The notes under the pieces were generated by a model. That model saw nothing but the letters and a program-made list of their open reading frames with translations, had not been told where the DNA came from and ran no database searches. A DNA stretch of 64,000 nucleotides from Nitrospirota bacterium (lineage in GTDB: Bacteria > Nitrospirota > UBA9217). Positions 20,331 through 30,218 of the stretch are shown here, one piece after another. Position 1 is the stretch's first letter; each line of letters starts with the position of its first letter. Location: contig CAWBNQ010000003.1 in NCBI GenBank assembly GCA_963790205.1, positions 672,001 through 736,000 of the forward strand, written 5' to 3'. The translations under genes were made by a program, and so were the position numbers.

Positions 20331-22205
20331 ATGCAATTAGGGACATTGATGAACAACTGGAAGCTTACGAAGAAACTGGTCGTTGCTATTCTGGCCGTGC
20401 TTGCGCTGGTGTTCGCGGCGCTGACCGCGGTCCTGAGCTTCCACGAGCGGCAGGTCCTCCTGCACGAGCTCGACAAGAAGGGTGCGAGCCTCGCAAAGTT
20501 CGTGGCGGACATTTCAACGGAGCCGATATTAAGCTATAACTTTACCTACCTGGAAAACTACGTGCGGGACATCACTTCCGGCGACAAGGACATAGCCTAT
20601 GCGGTCATCCTCGGAAAGGACGGCAGTCCTTTGACACACCAGGGAGAGGAAGCCGGGGACAAAAAGGGCATCCGTGAGTACACCAGCCCGATCATGCAGG
20701 GTACGACCGGGATCGGCACGGTCAAAATAGGATACAGCACCTCCGTCATCAGCAGTGCCTTGCTCAGCTCCCGGCTCATCATCGCCGTGCTGTCAGTCTG
20801 CACCCTGCTCGTAATCTCCGTCACCATGTTCCTCCTGTTCCGGGCCATGGCGCTCCGGCCTATTGCAATGCTCAAAAAGGTCATGGAAGCGGTCGCCGCC
20901 GGCGATCTGACGGTAACGGCCGAGGTCCGGAACGGAGATGAAATCGGCGAGCTCAGTCAACGCATCAACGGGATGATCGGTTCCCTGGCCAATCTCATCG
21001 GCCAGGTCAAATCATCGTCGGAAAGCATCATTGCCGCTTCGGACAGCATCGCGGCAACGTCCGAAACCATTACCTCTTCGGCCGCCGGAACGGCGTCGAC
21101 CGCCGAACTAGCGGCAAAAAACAACGATTCCGCGGCGTCCGCCGTGGAGGAGACGTCGGCCACCATGCAGCAGATGTCGTCCAATATCCAGAACGTCGCG
21201 CGCAACGCGCAGAACCAGTCCGCATCGGTTTCGCAGACCTCGTCCTCGATCGAGCAGATGATCGCGTCGATCAAGAGCGTCGCGGGTACGGCTGAACGGC
21301 TCGTGGCCCTGTCCCGGAACGCGAAGAAAACCGTCGTTCTCGGTTTTGAATCGGTCAATAAGTCGAATAAGAGCTCCGAGGAGATCAGCAAGGCGATCAA
21401 CCGGTCGGGAGATACGATCGCGGCGCTCGGCTCCCGTGCGGAGGACATCGGCAAGATCGTGGACGTGATCGACGGGATCGCCGACCAGACCAACCTCCTT
21501 GCCTTGAACGCCGCGATCGAAGCGGCGCGGGCAGGGGAGCAGGGAGCAGGGTTCGCGGTCGTGGCCGAAGAGGTGCGAAAGCTCGCGGAGCGGTCGGCGA
21601 AGTCCACGAAGGAGATCGGGGAGCTGATCTCCGGAATGCAGAAAGAGGCGATCGAAGCCGTTAAGAACACGGAAAGGACGGTGGAGATCGTCGAGAAGGG
21701 CGTCGAGCTGAGCAAACAGGTCGGGGACGCCCTGAAAGAGGTCAACCGCACCGTGGAGGAAGTCGATTCCTGCGCAAACGCGATCGGTGCGGCGACCAGG
21801 CAGCAAAACAGCGGAAGCAGCCAGATCGTATCGTCGGTCGAGACCCTGCGGGAGATGACCCGTGAGATCGCTTCGGCCACCGAAGAGCAGGCGTCGGGCG
21901 CCGAGCAGATCGCGCAAACGATGGAAAGGATGCGGGCGAACCTGCATCAGAACGCTTCGAGCACGGCCGAGCTGGCCAAGTCAGCCGAGCACCTGCGTTC
22001 GCAGGGCGCTGCGGAGCTTGCGGAATCGGCAGGGCAGCTCCGCTCCCAGGCCGGCCGGTTCCAGGAGATCGTCGGCAAGTTCGTGCTGGACGACGGCGAA
22101 CGGGCCTCTGTCACACCGCTGAAGAAGGCCTTGCCAAGGCACGACGACAGCAAAGGCCCGGGAGGCAAGGAGCCGATGCATCGTAAACTGGGAGCGGCTG
22201 CATAA
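20331..22205 (+). CDS. Methyl-accepting chemotaxis protein 3 (short Cache-like periplasmic domain)
   Basis: TM-periplasm-[26 protein letters not shown]. Confidence 0.95.
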   Translation: MQLGTLMNNWKLTKKLVVAILAVLALVFAALTAVLSFHERQVLLHELDKKGASLAKFVADISTEPILSYNFTYLENYVRDITSGDKDIAYAVILGKDGSPLTHQGEEAGDKKGIREYTSPIMQGTTGIGTVKIGYSTSVISSALLSSRLIIAVLSVCTLLVISVTMFLLFRAMALRPIAMLKKVMEAVAAGDLTVTAEVRNGDEIGELSQRINGMIGSLANLIGQVKSSSESIIAASDSIAATSETITSSAAGTASTAELAAKNNDSAASAVEETSATMQQMSSNIQNVARNAQNQSASVSQTSSSIEQMIASIKSVAGTAERLVALSRNAKKTVVLGFESVNKSNKSSEEISKAINRSGDTIAALGSRAEDIGKIVDVIDGIADQTNLLALNAAIEAARAGEQGAGFAVVAEEVRKLAERSAKSTKEIGELISGMQKEAIEAVKNTERTVEIVEKGVELSKQVGDALKEVNRTVEEVDSCANAIGAATRQQNSGSSQIVSSVETLREMTREIASATEEQASGAEQIAQTMERMRANLHQNASSTAELAKSAEHLRSQGAAELAESAGQLRSQAGRFQEIVGKFVLDDGERASVTPLKKALPRHDDSKGPGGKEPMHRKLGAAA

Positions 22206-23039
22206 ATGTTGACCGACGAGGAGTTCAGGCTTTTCAAGAACATTATTTATGAGGAATCCGGCCTGTTCCTCGCGGAAGCGAAAAAGGACTTCCTCGAGAA
22301 CAGGCTCATGAAAAGGATGCGGGCGACGAACATGACGACCCCGTACTGGTATTACCGGTTCCTCCTGGCGAACAGGAAAGCCGAACTCCTCGTGCTGCTC
22401 GACTGCCTCACGATCAACGAGACGTCTTTTTTCAGGAACGAACCGCAGTTCGAGCTCTTCAGGAACATCATACTTCCCGACGTGATCGAGCGGCGGAAGC
22501 GCGAAATCCAGAGAAAACTGAGGATCTGGTCGGCGGGCTGCTCGACCGGCGAAGAGCCCTATTCCATCGCGATGTCGGTCCTTGATACGGTCCCGTATCC
22601 CGACCTCTGGGACATCAAGATCTACGCGTCCGATCTGAGCTTGAAGGCCCTCGAAAATGCGCATCGCGGCGTCTATCCGTTGGCCAAGGTGAAAGAGACG
22701 GTCCCCGGGGGAACGCTGGCGCGTTATTTTGAACCCCGGGCCGACGATGTTCGGGTGATTGACGCCGTGCGAAGACGTGTGGTGTTCGACTATCACAACC
22801 TGAAACACGAGAACGGCCTGCGTGATCTGGATGTCATATTCTGCCGGAATGTGATGATTTATTTTGACGAAGAGGAGCAGAAGAGACTGGTGGGCAAGTT
22901 TTACGGCCGTCTCGGCCCCGGCGGATACCTTCTGCTCGGCCATGCCGAAAGCCTGCACGGGTGGAATATGGATTTCCAGTTTGTGCACGACAACAAGGGG
23001 ACGGCGTATAAAAAGACCGGCAAGGGAGACGCGACATGA
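22206..23039 (+). CDS. cheR: Chemotaxis methyltransferase CheR
   Basis: TINETSFFR, WSAGCSTGEEPYS, FCRNVMIYF, LLGHAE. Confidence 0.95.
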   Translation: MLTDEEFRLFKNIIYEESGLFLAEAKKDFLENRLMKRMRATNMTTPYWYYRFLLANRKAELLVLLDCLTINETSFFRNEPQFELFRNIILPDVIERRKREIQRKLRIWSAGCSTGEEPYSIAMSVLDTVPYPDLWDIKIYASDLSLKALENAHRGVYPLAKVKETVPGGTLARYFEPRADDVRVIDAVRRRVVFDYHNLKHENGLRDLDVIFCRNVMIYFDEEEQKRLVGKFYGRLGPGGYLLLGHAESLHGWNMDFQFVHDNKGTAYKKTGKGDAT

Positions 23040-23404
23040 GGATCCTGCTCGCTGAAGACGACAAAAATTTCGGATATGTCCTCAAGGGAGAGCTGGCGGA
23101 CACCGGCTACGAGATCGACCTTGCGCAGGATGGAGTCGAGGCGGTGATGAAATTCATCGACGGGGACTATGATTTTGTCCTCCTCGACATCAAGATGCCG
23201 AAGCTGGACGGCATCAATGTCCTGCGGATCATCAAGAAGCTGAATCCCCGGGTCCCGGCCATAACCTATTCGGGTAACGCGGGCAGCGGGGAAATGGCCG
23301 AGTCGGTGAAGGCCGGGGCGATACGGTGTCTCACCAAACCCTTTGAAATAAGTCAACTCAAGGAAGAGCTCAGGAAGTATCAATCACGGCACAACGGGGC
23401 ATGA
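23036..23404 (+). CDS. Single-domain response regulator
   Basis: LLAEDD, LLDIKMPKLDG, TKPF. Confidence 0.88.
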   Translation: MRILLAEDDKNFGYVLKGELADTGYEIDLAQDGVEAVMKFIDGDYDFVLLDIKMPKLDGINVLRIIKKLNPRVPAITYSGNAGSGEMAESVKAGAIRCLTKPFEISQLKEELRKYQSRHNGA

Positions 23405-23405
23405 T

Positions 23406-25419
23406 ATGACGGATGAATGCAGCCAATGGAACGAACAAGAGGTCGCTGAACTGAAGAGGGTCTTCTATGCCCAGGCGTACGAGATCGTGGAAGAACTTCA
23501 GGATTCGATGCTCAAACTCGAGGCGGAGCCGGGGAACGACGATGTCCTCAGGCTTGTCAAACGGCATGTCCATACCCTCAAGGGAGATTCTAATTCCATC
23601 GGGCTCGTGTCCATCGGGACGCTCTGCCACCGCATGGAAGACGTTCTCACGTCCCTCGCAAACAACGGCAGGGAGGCGGAGCGCGAGGCCGTTGACATCC
23701 TCATGTTTTGTGTCGACGCGGTGTATGACCTTCTCGCGAAAAGCGAAGCAGGCGGGGAAACCGGACAGGCCCATGAGATCATCGGCAGGATCGGCCGGTT
23801 TCTCGGCAATGCCGCGCCGGCGCCGTCCGCCGCCGTCCGTCCGGCTGCGCCCACCGAGTATCAGGAACTCCAGATCCAGGAGGTCTTGAAGAGCGGCCAG
23901 CGGGTGTATGTCATCAATGTCGGTTTTGACCCCCGGTGCAAGGAAAAGAGCGTGGCAGCGCTCATGATCATGCGGAACCTGGGCAACGCCGGCAGCATCA
24001 TAGCTTCAGTCCCCGATCCGGAGAACAACGATCTCAACGAGGCGCAAACCGTGACGTTTTTCCTCGGCTCGAAGCTCGATGCGGAAACCGTGAAAAAGGA
24101 AGCGTTTCTCACCGGAATGACCGCCGAGATCCTCGTCAGAGAGTGGGAAGAGAGAGCGCAAAGAAAAGAGGGCCCGGCTCAGCAGCAGCCGTCGCCCGCT
24201 GCGCCGTCTTCACGAAACGAGACCCTCAGGGTCGACGCGTCCCGGGTGGACCTGCTCATGGATTTGGTGGGAGAGCTCATTATCGGCCGGTCCATGATCG
24301 AACAGGTCACGCGGGAGATCGCCGCCGGAGCATCAACGGGCGAGGTGGCCGGCCGGCTCGCTTCCGTGAACGCCTCGATGGAACGAACGGTATCGGACAT
24401 TCAGAAAGGCGTCATGAAGATGCGCATGGTGCCCATGCACCACGTGTTCAGAAAATTCCCGAAGATCGTGCGAGACCTCGCAGCGGACAAGGGCAAGCGC
24501 GTGCGGCTTGAGCTCCTCGGGAGCGAGACTGAGCTGGACAAGGGGATCGTGGACGCTTTGGGAGAGCCGCTGTCCCACATCATCAGGAATTTCGTCGACC
24601 ACGGGATCGAAGCGCCCGAAGAGCGGCGCAGGGCGGGAAAATCCGGAGGAAGGCGTGATCACCCTCCGGGCCTGTCATGAAGCTTCGCAGATCGTTATCG
24701 AGGCCGGTGACGATGGCAGGGGCATCGACGTCCCGAAGCTCAAACAGAAGGCCCTGGACGGCGGTTTTCTGAACCCGCAGGAAGCGGACAGAATATCGGA
24801 AGCGGACGCCGTGAACCTCATCTTTGTTTCCGGCTTGAGCACCGCGGACGCCGTGAGCACGACCTCGGGCAGGGGCGTGGGCATGGACGCGGTGAAGTCG
24901 GCAGTGGAAGGCATGAAGGGATCCATCGAGATCGATACGAAAGAGGGCCGGGGTACCATCTTCCGCCTTCGGCTTCCGCTTACCCTCGCGGTGATCAAGG
25001 CGTTGCTCTTTGAGGTTGCCGGACGGATGTACGCGGTCCCGGTCCCCGCCATAGCGGAGGTCGCGAAAGTCACGCTCGACGACCTCGTCACGGTGGACGG
25101 AAAAAAGACGCTCCTCCTCAGGGACCAGATCATCTCCATCATCTCGCTGGAGGACCTGTTCATGATGAGCGGGAACGGGACGAAAAAGAAGTTCGTCCTC
25201 ATCCTCAGCATGGGCGCGAAGAAAGTGGGGCTCCTGATCGACCAGGTCATGTGGCAGCAGGAGCTGGTGATCAAGGCGATCGACGACCGCCATATGCGGT
25301 CGGATCTTCTCGCGGGCGCTTCCATTCTCGGCAACGGGAAGGTAGTGCTCATCCTCGATGTCTTCGCCATATTCAAGAAGGCCGTCGAGCGGGAAAAGAA
25401 AAGACTGGCAATGGTATGA
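23406..25419 (+). CDS. cheA: Chemotaxis histidine kinase CheA, split by a +1 frameshift near 24635-24642 (sequencing error or pseudogene)
   Basis: Hpt HTLKG, dimerisation LLMDLVGEL and HIIRNFVDHGIE in the first ORF; DDGRGID, SGRGVGMD and CheW domain in the second ORF. Confidence 0.9.
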
Positions 25420-25426
25420 CGAGGGT

Positions 25427-25510
25427 AAAATTCCAAATTTCCAAAAAGTTTGGCGTTTCGTGCTTGGTGCTTGGAATTTATTTGTTATTTGATGCTTGAG
25501 CATTGGTATT
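25427..25510. repeat. Heptamer-periodic imperfect hairpin between cheA and cheB
   Basis: AAATTCCAAATTTCCAAA ... TTGGTGCTTGGAATTT...TTTGATGCTTGAGCATTGG. Confidence 0.6.
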
Positions 25511-25540
25511 TTCCCCTGTCTATCATGAAAGGTACGCACG

Positions 25541-26626
25541 ATGGATAAGATCAGGGTCCTGGTTGTCGATGATTCGGCGCTCATGAGGAAGATGATCCCC
25601 CAGATCCTTTCATCCGACCCGGGCATAGAGGTCGTGGGGACCGCCATGGACGGCCTCTTTGCCCTGAAAAAAATGAAAGAGCTGCGGCCGGACGTCGTGA
25701 CCCTCGACGTCTCCATGCCGAGGATGGACGGGATCGAGACCCTTAGGCATATCGTGGAGGACTTCGGGACCCCGGCCATCATCGTGAGCTCGCTGGCGCA
25801 GAGGGACACGGAGCTCACGTTCCAGGCCCTGGAGATCGGCGCCTTCGACTTCGTGACAAAGCCGCAGGACGCCATCTCCGTGCATATCACCGAGATCGGC
25901 GCGGAGCTCACTGCAAAGGTAAAGGCCGCGCGCGAAAACCCCCTGGCAAGGTTTCGGATGGTGCAGGGACGCCCCGCCCGGCGCCCGGAGAAGAAGCAGG
26001 TCCGGCTCGTGGGCACACGGTCGGTGGACCGTCTCCTTGCCATCGGGATATCCACCGGCGGCCCGAATGCCCTGAGCTATCTTTTGCCTCAGATCCCGAA
26101 GGATTTTCCGGCCGGCATCCTCATTGTGCAGCACATGCCCGCGGGGTTCACGGAGATGTTCGCCTCCAGACTGAACACAACCTGCGAGATCGAGGTGAAA
26201 GAGGCAAAAGACGGGGACCTCGTTCTTCCCGGGAGGGCGCTCATCGCGCCCGGCAACCGCCACCTCAAGATCAAGCGGATGTCGCTCGGCACCATTGCCG
26301 TGCTCTCCGATGCGCCGCCGGTCTCCGGGCACCGCCCGTCCGCCGACGTGCTGTTCCGGTCGGTTGCCTCCGAATACGGGCGAAGCGTCACTGCGCTGAT
26401 CATGACCGGCATGGGCTCCGACGGGGCCGAGGGGATCGGCGAGATCAAGGCCCGGGGCGGCATGACCGTGGCCCAGGACGAAGAGAGCTGCATCGTCTTC
26501 GGGATGCCGAAGGTGGCGATCGAAAAGGACCATATCGAAAAAATCGTTTCTCTCAAGGACATGGGTGCTTTTCTCTCGGACCATTTCTTGAGCAAGGAGG
26601 TTGCACATGGCGCACTCAGTTGCTGA
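25541..26626 (+). CDS. cheB: Chemotaxis response regulator / methylesterase CheB
   Basis: REC plus GISTGGP, VQHMP, HRPSAD, MTGMGSDG, FGMP. Confidence 0.96.
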   Translation: MDKIRVLVVDDSALMRKMIPQILSSDPGIEVVGTAMDGLFALKKMKELRPDVVTLDVSMPRMDGIETLRHIVEDFGTPAIIVSSLAQRDTELTFQALEIGAFDFVTKPQDAISVHITEIGAELTAKVKAARENPLARFRMVQGRPARRPEKKQVRLVGTRSVDRLLAIGISTGGPNALSYLLPQIPKDFPAGILIVQHMPAGFTEMFASRLNTTCEIEVKEAKDGDLVLPGRALIAPGNRHLKIKRMSLGTIAVLSDAPPVSGHRPSADVLFRSVASEYGRSVTALIMTGMGSDGAEGIGEIKARGGMTVAQDEESCIVFGMPKVAIEKDHIEKIVSLKDMGAFLSDHFLSKEVAHGALSC

Positions 26627-27014
26627 TGCGGACAGAAAAGAATTCCGGTGCCTCGTCGCGGACGACTCGGCGTTTGCCAGAAAGAACATCTCACAGGTCC
26701 TGGAAAAGCTCGGCGGGAGCGTGGTCGGAGAGGCGTCGAACGGGGTGGAGGCGCTGGCCCTTTACGGTACGCTGCATCCCGACCTGGTGCTCCTGGACAT
26801 AACCATGCCCCAGCTGGACGGCGTGGAGACGCTCCGCCAGATCATCGAACAGGACAAGAACGCCAGGGTGATCATGGTCAGCTCCATCGGCCACAAGGAG
26901 ATGGTGTGGAAGGCGATCTGCCTCGGCGCCAAGAGCTTCGTCACCAAGCCCTACGATCCCGACTATGCCGGCATGATCATTCAGGAAGTCGTCGGCGGGA
27001 AGGGAGGCGAATAA
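26607..27014 (+). CDS. cheY: CheY-like response regulator
   Basis: VADDSAFAR, LLDITMPQLDG, FVTKP; AGGAGG RBS. Confidence 0.85.
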   Translation: MAHSVADADRKEFRCLVADDSAFARKNISQVLEKLGGSVVGEASNGVEALALYGTLHPDLVLLDITMPQLDGVETLRQIIEQDKNARVIMVSSIGHKEMVWKAICLGAKSFVTKPYDPDYAGMIIQEVVGGKGGE

Positions 27015-27015
27015 C

Positions 27016-27477
27016 GTGAGATACGAATATATTGATCCTTTCGTCACGACCACCATTCGGGTCCTCGACAACGCCATCCCGGGGAACATCCGCAGGGGAG
27101 ACATTACCGTGCTGCAGGGAGACCGGATGAAAGGGGACGTGGCCGTGCTGGTCAGGATCACCGGCGACGCTGAAGGCGATATCATTCTCAGTATGGACAC
27201 GGCCACCGCGCTCAGGATCTGCGCCTCGCTGTTTCGCGAGGACTTTGCAATCATGACGCCGAAGAGCGTGGATGCGCTCATGGAAATTGCGAACATGATC
27301 ACGGGCAACGCGGTCAGCGCCCTCAATGATCAGGGGTTCGACTTCGTGGTATCCCCTCCCGTGGTGATTACGAGAGATGACGGCAGGGAACGGCTCCCCG
27401 GCGTGGAGTCGCTGCAGATTCCCCTCTTTTCCGAATGCGGTGAAATGGTGATGAATGTCGTGTTGGGCCCAGACTAG
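27016..27477 (+). CDS. cheX: Chemotaxis phosphatase CheX
   Basis: YIDPFV, EIANMITGNA (ExxN motif), SPPVVI. Confidence 0.88.
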   Translation: MRYEYIDPFVTTTIRVLDNAIPGNIRRGDITVLQGDRMKGDVAVLVRITGDAEGDIILSMDTATALRICASLFREDFAIMTPKSVDALMEIANMITGNAVSALNDQGFDFVVSPPVVITRDDGRERLPGVESLQIPLFSECGEMVMNVVLGPD

Positions 27478-27494
27478 CAAAGGCGGTGTGTCCC

Positions 27495-28553
27495 ATGGCT
27501 GACGGCACCTCCATACTTTTTGTAGATGACGAAACGAGGATCCTGAAGGTGTTCTCTTCGCTGCTCACGGAAGCAGGATACTCCATCACGACGGCATCCC
27601 AGGCTGATGACGCAGTGCGGCTCATATCCGATAACCGGTTCGACATTGTTTTTCTTGACCAGTTTCTCGGTCCGACCCGGGGACTCGACGTGATGCGCCG
27701 TATGGCGGAGGTGAACGCGGACCTTTCCTATGTCATCATCACCGGCAACGGGAGCGCCGATCTCGCCGTCGAGTCCCTCAAGAACGGGGCTGTGGATTTT
27801 ATCACCAAACCGTTTTTGGTCACTGATCTGATCAAGAGCATCGAGTATGTAAAAAAACGGCGCAAGCTCGACCAGGAGCGAAGAGACTGGCTGACGGAGC
27901 TTCAGCTTGTGGTGAATGAAAAAACCGATGAGTTGAACCGGGTCTATACGCATGTGCTGGCCTCTCTCGCGCAGGCCATGGAAAAAAAGGACATGGGCAC
28001 CTATGGGCACAGCAGGCGGGTCAGTTACAATGCCCGCTTGTTAGCCGCCGCCCTCGACATGGGGGAACAGGAGCGGACAGATCTTAAGACCGCGGCCCTG
28101 CTTCACGATATCGGTAAGATCGGCATCACCGATTTCATCCTCGGCAAGGAAGGTCCTCTCACGGAGGCGGAGCGGGCTGTCATCCGCAGCCATCCGCAAA
28201 AGGGCGTCGAGATCCTCAAGCCGCTCAAGCAGTACGAGCGCATCCTTCCCAGCATCCTCCATCACCACGAAAACTACGATGGGAGCGGATATCCCCACGG
28301 GATTGCCGGAGAACGGATCCCTCTCCACGCCCGGATCATCGCCGTCGCCGACACCTATGATGCAATTCTTTCTTCCCGTCCTTACCGCTCCGCCGCCGGC
28401 CATGACCGGGCGATTTCCGAGCTGGTCGCGAACGCGGGCAGGCAGTTCGACCCGGACATTGTAAATGCCTTTGTTCTGACGGATGCAAAATACCGCCATA
28501 TATCCGCGCACGCCGGACCGCAGGGTCACCCCTGCCGGGCCGGAAAGGAGTGA
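27495..28553 (+). CDS. Response regulator with HD-GYP (c-di-GMP phosphodiesterase) domain
   Basis: REC; GHSRRV, LLHDIGKIG, HHENYDGSGYP, SRPYR. Confidence 0.93.
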   Translation: MADGTSILFVDDETRILKVFSSLLTEAGYSITTASQADDAVRLISDNRFDIVFLDQFLGPTRGLDVMRRMAEVNADLSYVIITGNGSADLAVESLKNGAVDFITKPFLVTDLIKSIEYVKKRRKLDQERRDWLTELQLVVNEKTDELNRVYTHVLASLAQAMEKKDMGTYGHSRRVSYNARLLAAALDMGEQERTDLKTAALLHDIGKIGITDFILGKEGPLTEAERAVIRSHPQKGVEILKPLKQYERILPSILHHHENYDGSGYPHGIAGERIPLHARIIAVADTYDAILSSRPYRSAAGHDRAISELVANAGRQFDPDIVNAFVLTDAKYRHISAHAGPQGHPCRAGKE

Positions 28554-28591
28554 TCGCCCGGGGAGACTCCCCGGCGGTTCTGCGGGCTGTT

Positions 28592-28701
28592 ACCCCGTTA
28601 GAGAAATCCGCCGGCTTCTGTCGGCGGCACACATCATTCCTCAGATTGTGGTTCAAAGCCACAATCTTATATCGTTAGAGAACGAAGTTCTCTAACGGGG
28701 T
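28592..28701. mobile_element. MITE with 14-bp perfect terminal inverted repeats
   Basis: ACCCCGTTAGAGAA ... TTCTCTAACGGGGT; extra internal partial copy CGTTAGAGAA at 28673-28682. Confidence 0.75.
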
Positions 28702-29002
28702 TTACCCTGTGCTTTTCATGTTTTGGCGGATTTTTCTTCCTGATTGCCGGACGAATGCCGATTTCCTTGCAACTCGCTCCTAAACTGCGACGTTCAAACT
28801 GCCATTGGCAAGTTCTCCCCTTCGAGGGGGTATTTCTCTTCATCCGGAGAACGACCCATGGTGTGAATGCACCTCCTCTTTTTACTCATTCAGCGTACAT
28901 TGGAGAGTTATCACTGTCTCCGAAACCGCAATCGACAAACCTCAATCGGCAGTATTGCAAATGGAGCGGAAGTATGATAAGCTTTTTAGATTCGGAGGTC
29001 GT

Positions 29003-29404
29003 ATGATCGGATTTCTCCTGCGTTGGTCCATGAATCTGCTTGCGCTTGTGGTTGCGGCGGCTTTGATCAGAGGCATCAGGATACAGAGCATCGAGATGGG
29101 AATCCTTGCCGCGGGCATCCTCGGCGTCGTCAATGCCGTCATCAGACCGATGGTGCTCCTTTTGACGCTTCCAATCAACCTGTTGACGCTCGGGCTTTTT
29201 ACGCTGGTGATCAACGCGGCAATGCTCAAGCTTGTTTCCGCGCTCGTCCCCGGGCTGGTCATTGAAAGTTTCAGCGCCGCCTTCTTCGGGGCGCTCATTA
29301 TCAGCCTTACCAGCTGGCTTTTAAACCTGTTTATCGGCGGCGATGGGAAAGTCGTATTCATCAGGAAAGCCGGCAAAAACAGCGGCGGCGGATGGCGACG
29401 CTGA
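29003..29404 (+). CDS. YvlD/DUF360 ('phage holin family') membrane protein
   Basis: LGVVNAVIRP...LTLPINLLTLGLFTLVINA motif; GGAGG RBS. Confidence 0.88.
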   Translation: MIGFLLRWSMNLLALVVAAALIRGIRIQSIEMGILAAGILGVVNAVIRPMVLLLTLPINLLTLGLFTLVINAAMLKLVSALVPGLVIESFSAAFFGALIISLTSWLLNLFIGGDGKVVFIRKAGKNSGGGWRR

Positions 29405-29504
29405 AGGAGTTTCCATCGCCGAATAACATATACATTCCAGTCGCCAACTGTCGAATTCCCGGCGATTCTCCCCGCATCCGTCAATGAGCTGAGGAAGGCA
29501 ACCC

Positions 29505-30218
29505 ATGACACACATGCATATACCCGACTTTGTCCTGCCCGTCTGGCTCTGGGTGTCGGGCTTTGTCGTGATGACGGCCGCTCTCTGGGTCAGCCTGGTG
29601 CGGCTCCGGTCCATGGACAAGAAGAGGGAGATCCCCCTTCTGGGGGCGATCTCAGCGGCAATGATCGTGGCCATGAGCCTCGAAATCCTCCCTATCGCCT
29701 ATCACATAAACTTGTCGGTCGTGGCAGGCATCCTCCTCGGCCCCTCCCTCGGGTTCGTTGCAGCCTTCATCGTGAACCTGATGCTGGCGCTTCTGGGCCA
29801 CGGCGGCGTCTCGGTCATCGGGCTCAATACGCTCCTGCTCGGTCTTGAGGCGGTCCTCGGCCACACGCTCTTTTCTCTCTTCAAGAGATTTTTCCCCGTG
29901 TTCTGGGGAGCGGCCGCTGCCACCGTGCTGACCCTCTTCATCACCACGATGTTGCTGATTGCCATAGTCGCGGCATCGAACGTGGACCCCGATCGCTTCC
30001 TTCATGCGGACGAACATCGGCTGAGTATGCAGGAGGGGCAGGTTTCCGTTTCGAAATTTGCACTGCTCGTACTTTCGTTCGGCGTGATCGGCTGGATCGT
30101 CGAAGCCGCGATCACGGGCTCCGTCGTGAAGTTCATCTCACAGGTCAAACCTGACCTCCTCAGTCACAAGCTCCATGCAAGCGCGGTCCAGGGGACGGAA
30201 GCGGGGAAGGACCGTTGA
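29505..30218 (+). CDS. cbiM: ECF Co/Ni transporter substrate component CbiM/NikM (alternative start 29514)
   Basis: MHIPD, YHINLSVVAGILLGP, LGHGGVSVIGLN. Confidence 0.85.
   Translation: MTHMHIPDFVLPVWLWVSGFVVMTAALWVSLVRLRSMDKKREIPLLGAISAAMIVAMSLEILPIAYHINLSVVAGILLGPSLGFVAAFIVNLMLALLGHGGVSVIGLNTLLLGLEAVLGHTLFSLFKRFFPVFWGAAAATVLTLFITTMLLIAIVAASNVDPDRFLHADEHRLSMQEGQVSVSKFALLVLSFGVIGWIVEAAITGSVVKFISQVKPDLLSHKLHASAVQGTEAGKDR

Noticed and set aside
24635..24641. G GGA AAA heptamer as a programmed -1 frameshift in cheA
   Set aside because: The downstream cheA half is in the +1 frame; a -1 slip reaches TGA within a few codons.
29003..29404. Holin gene as evidence of a prophage
   Set aside because: YvlD/DUF360 is a common chromosomal membrane family and no phage genes are nearby.
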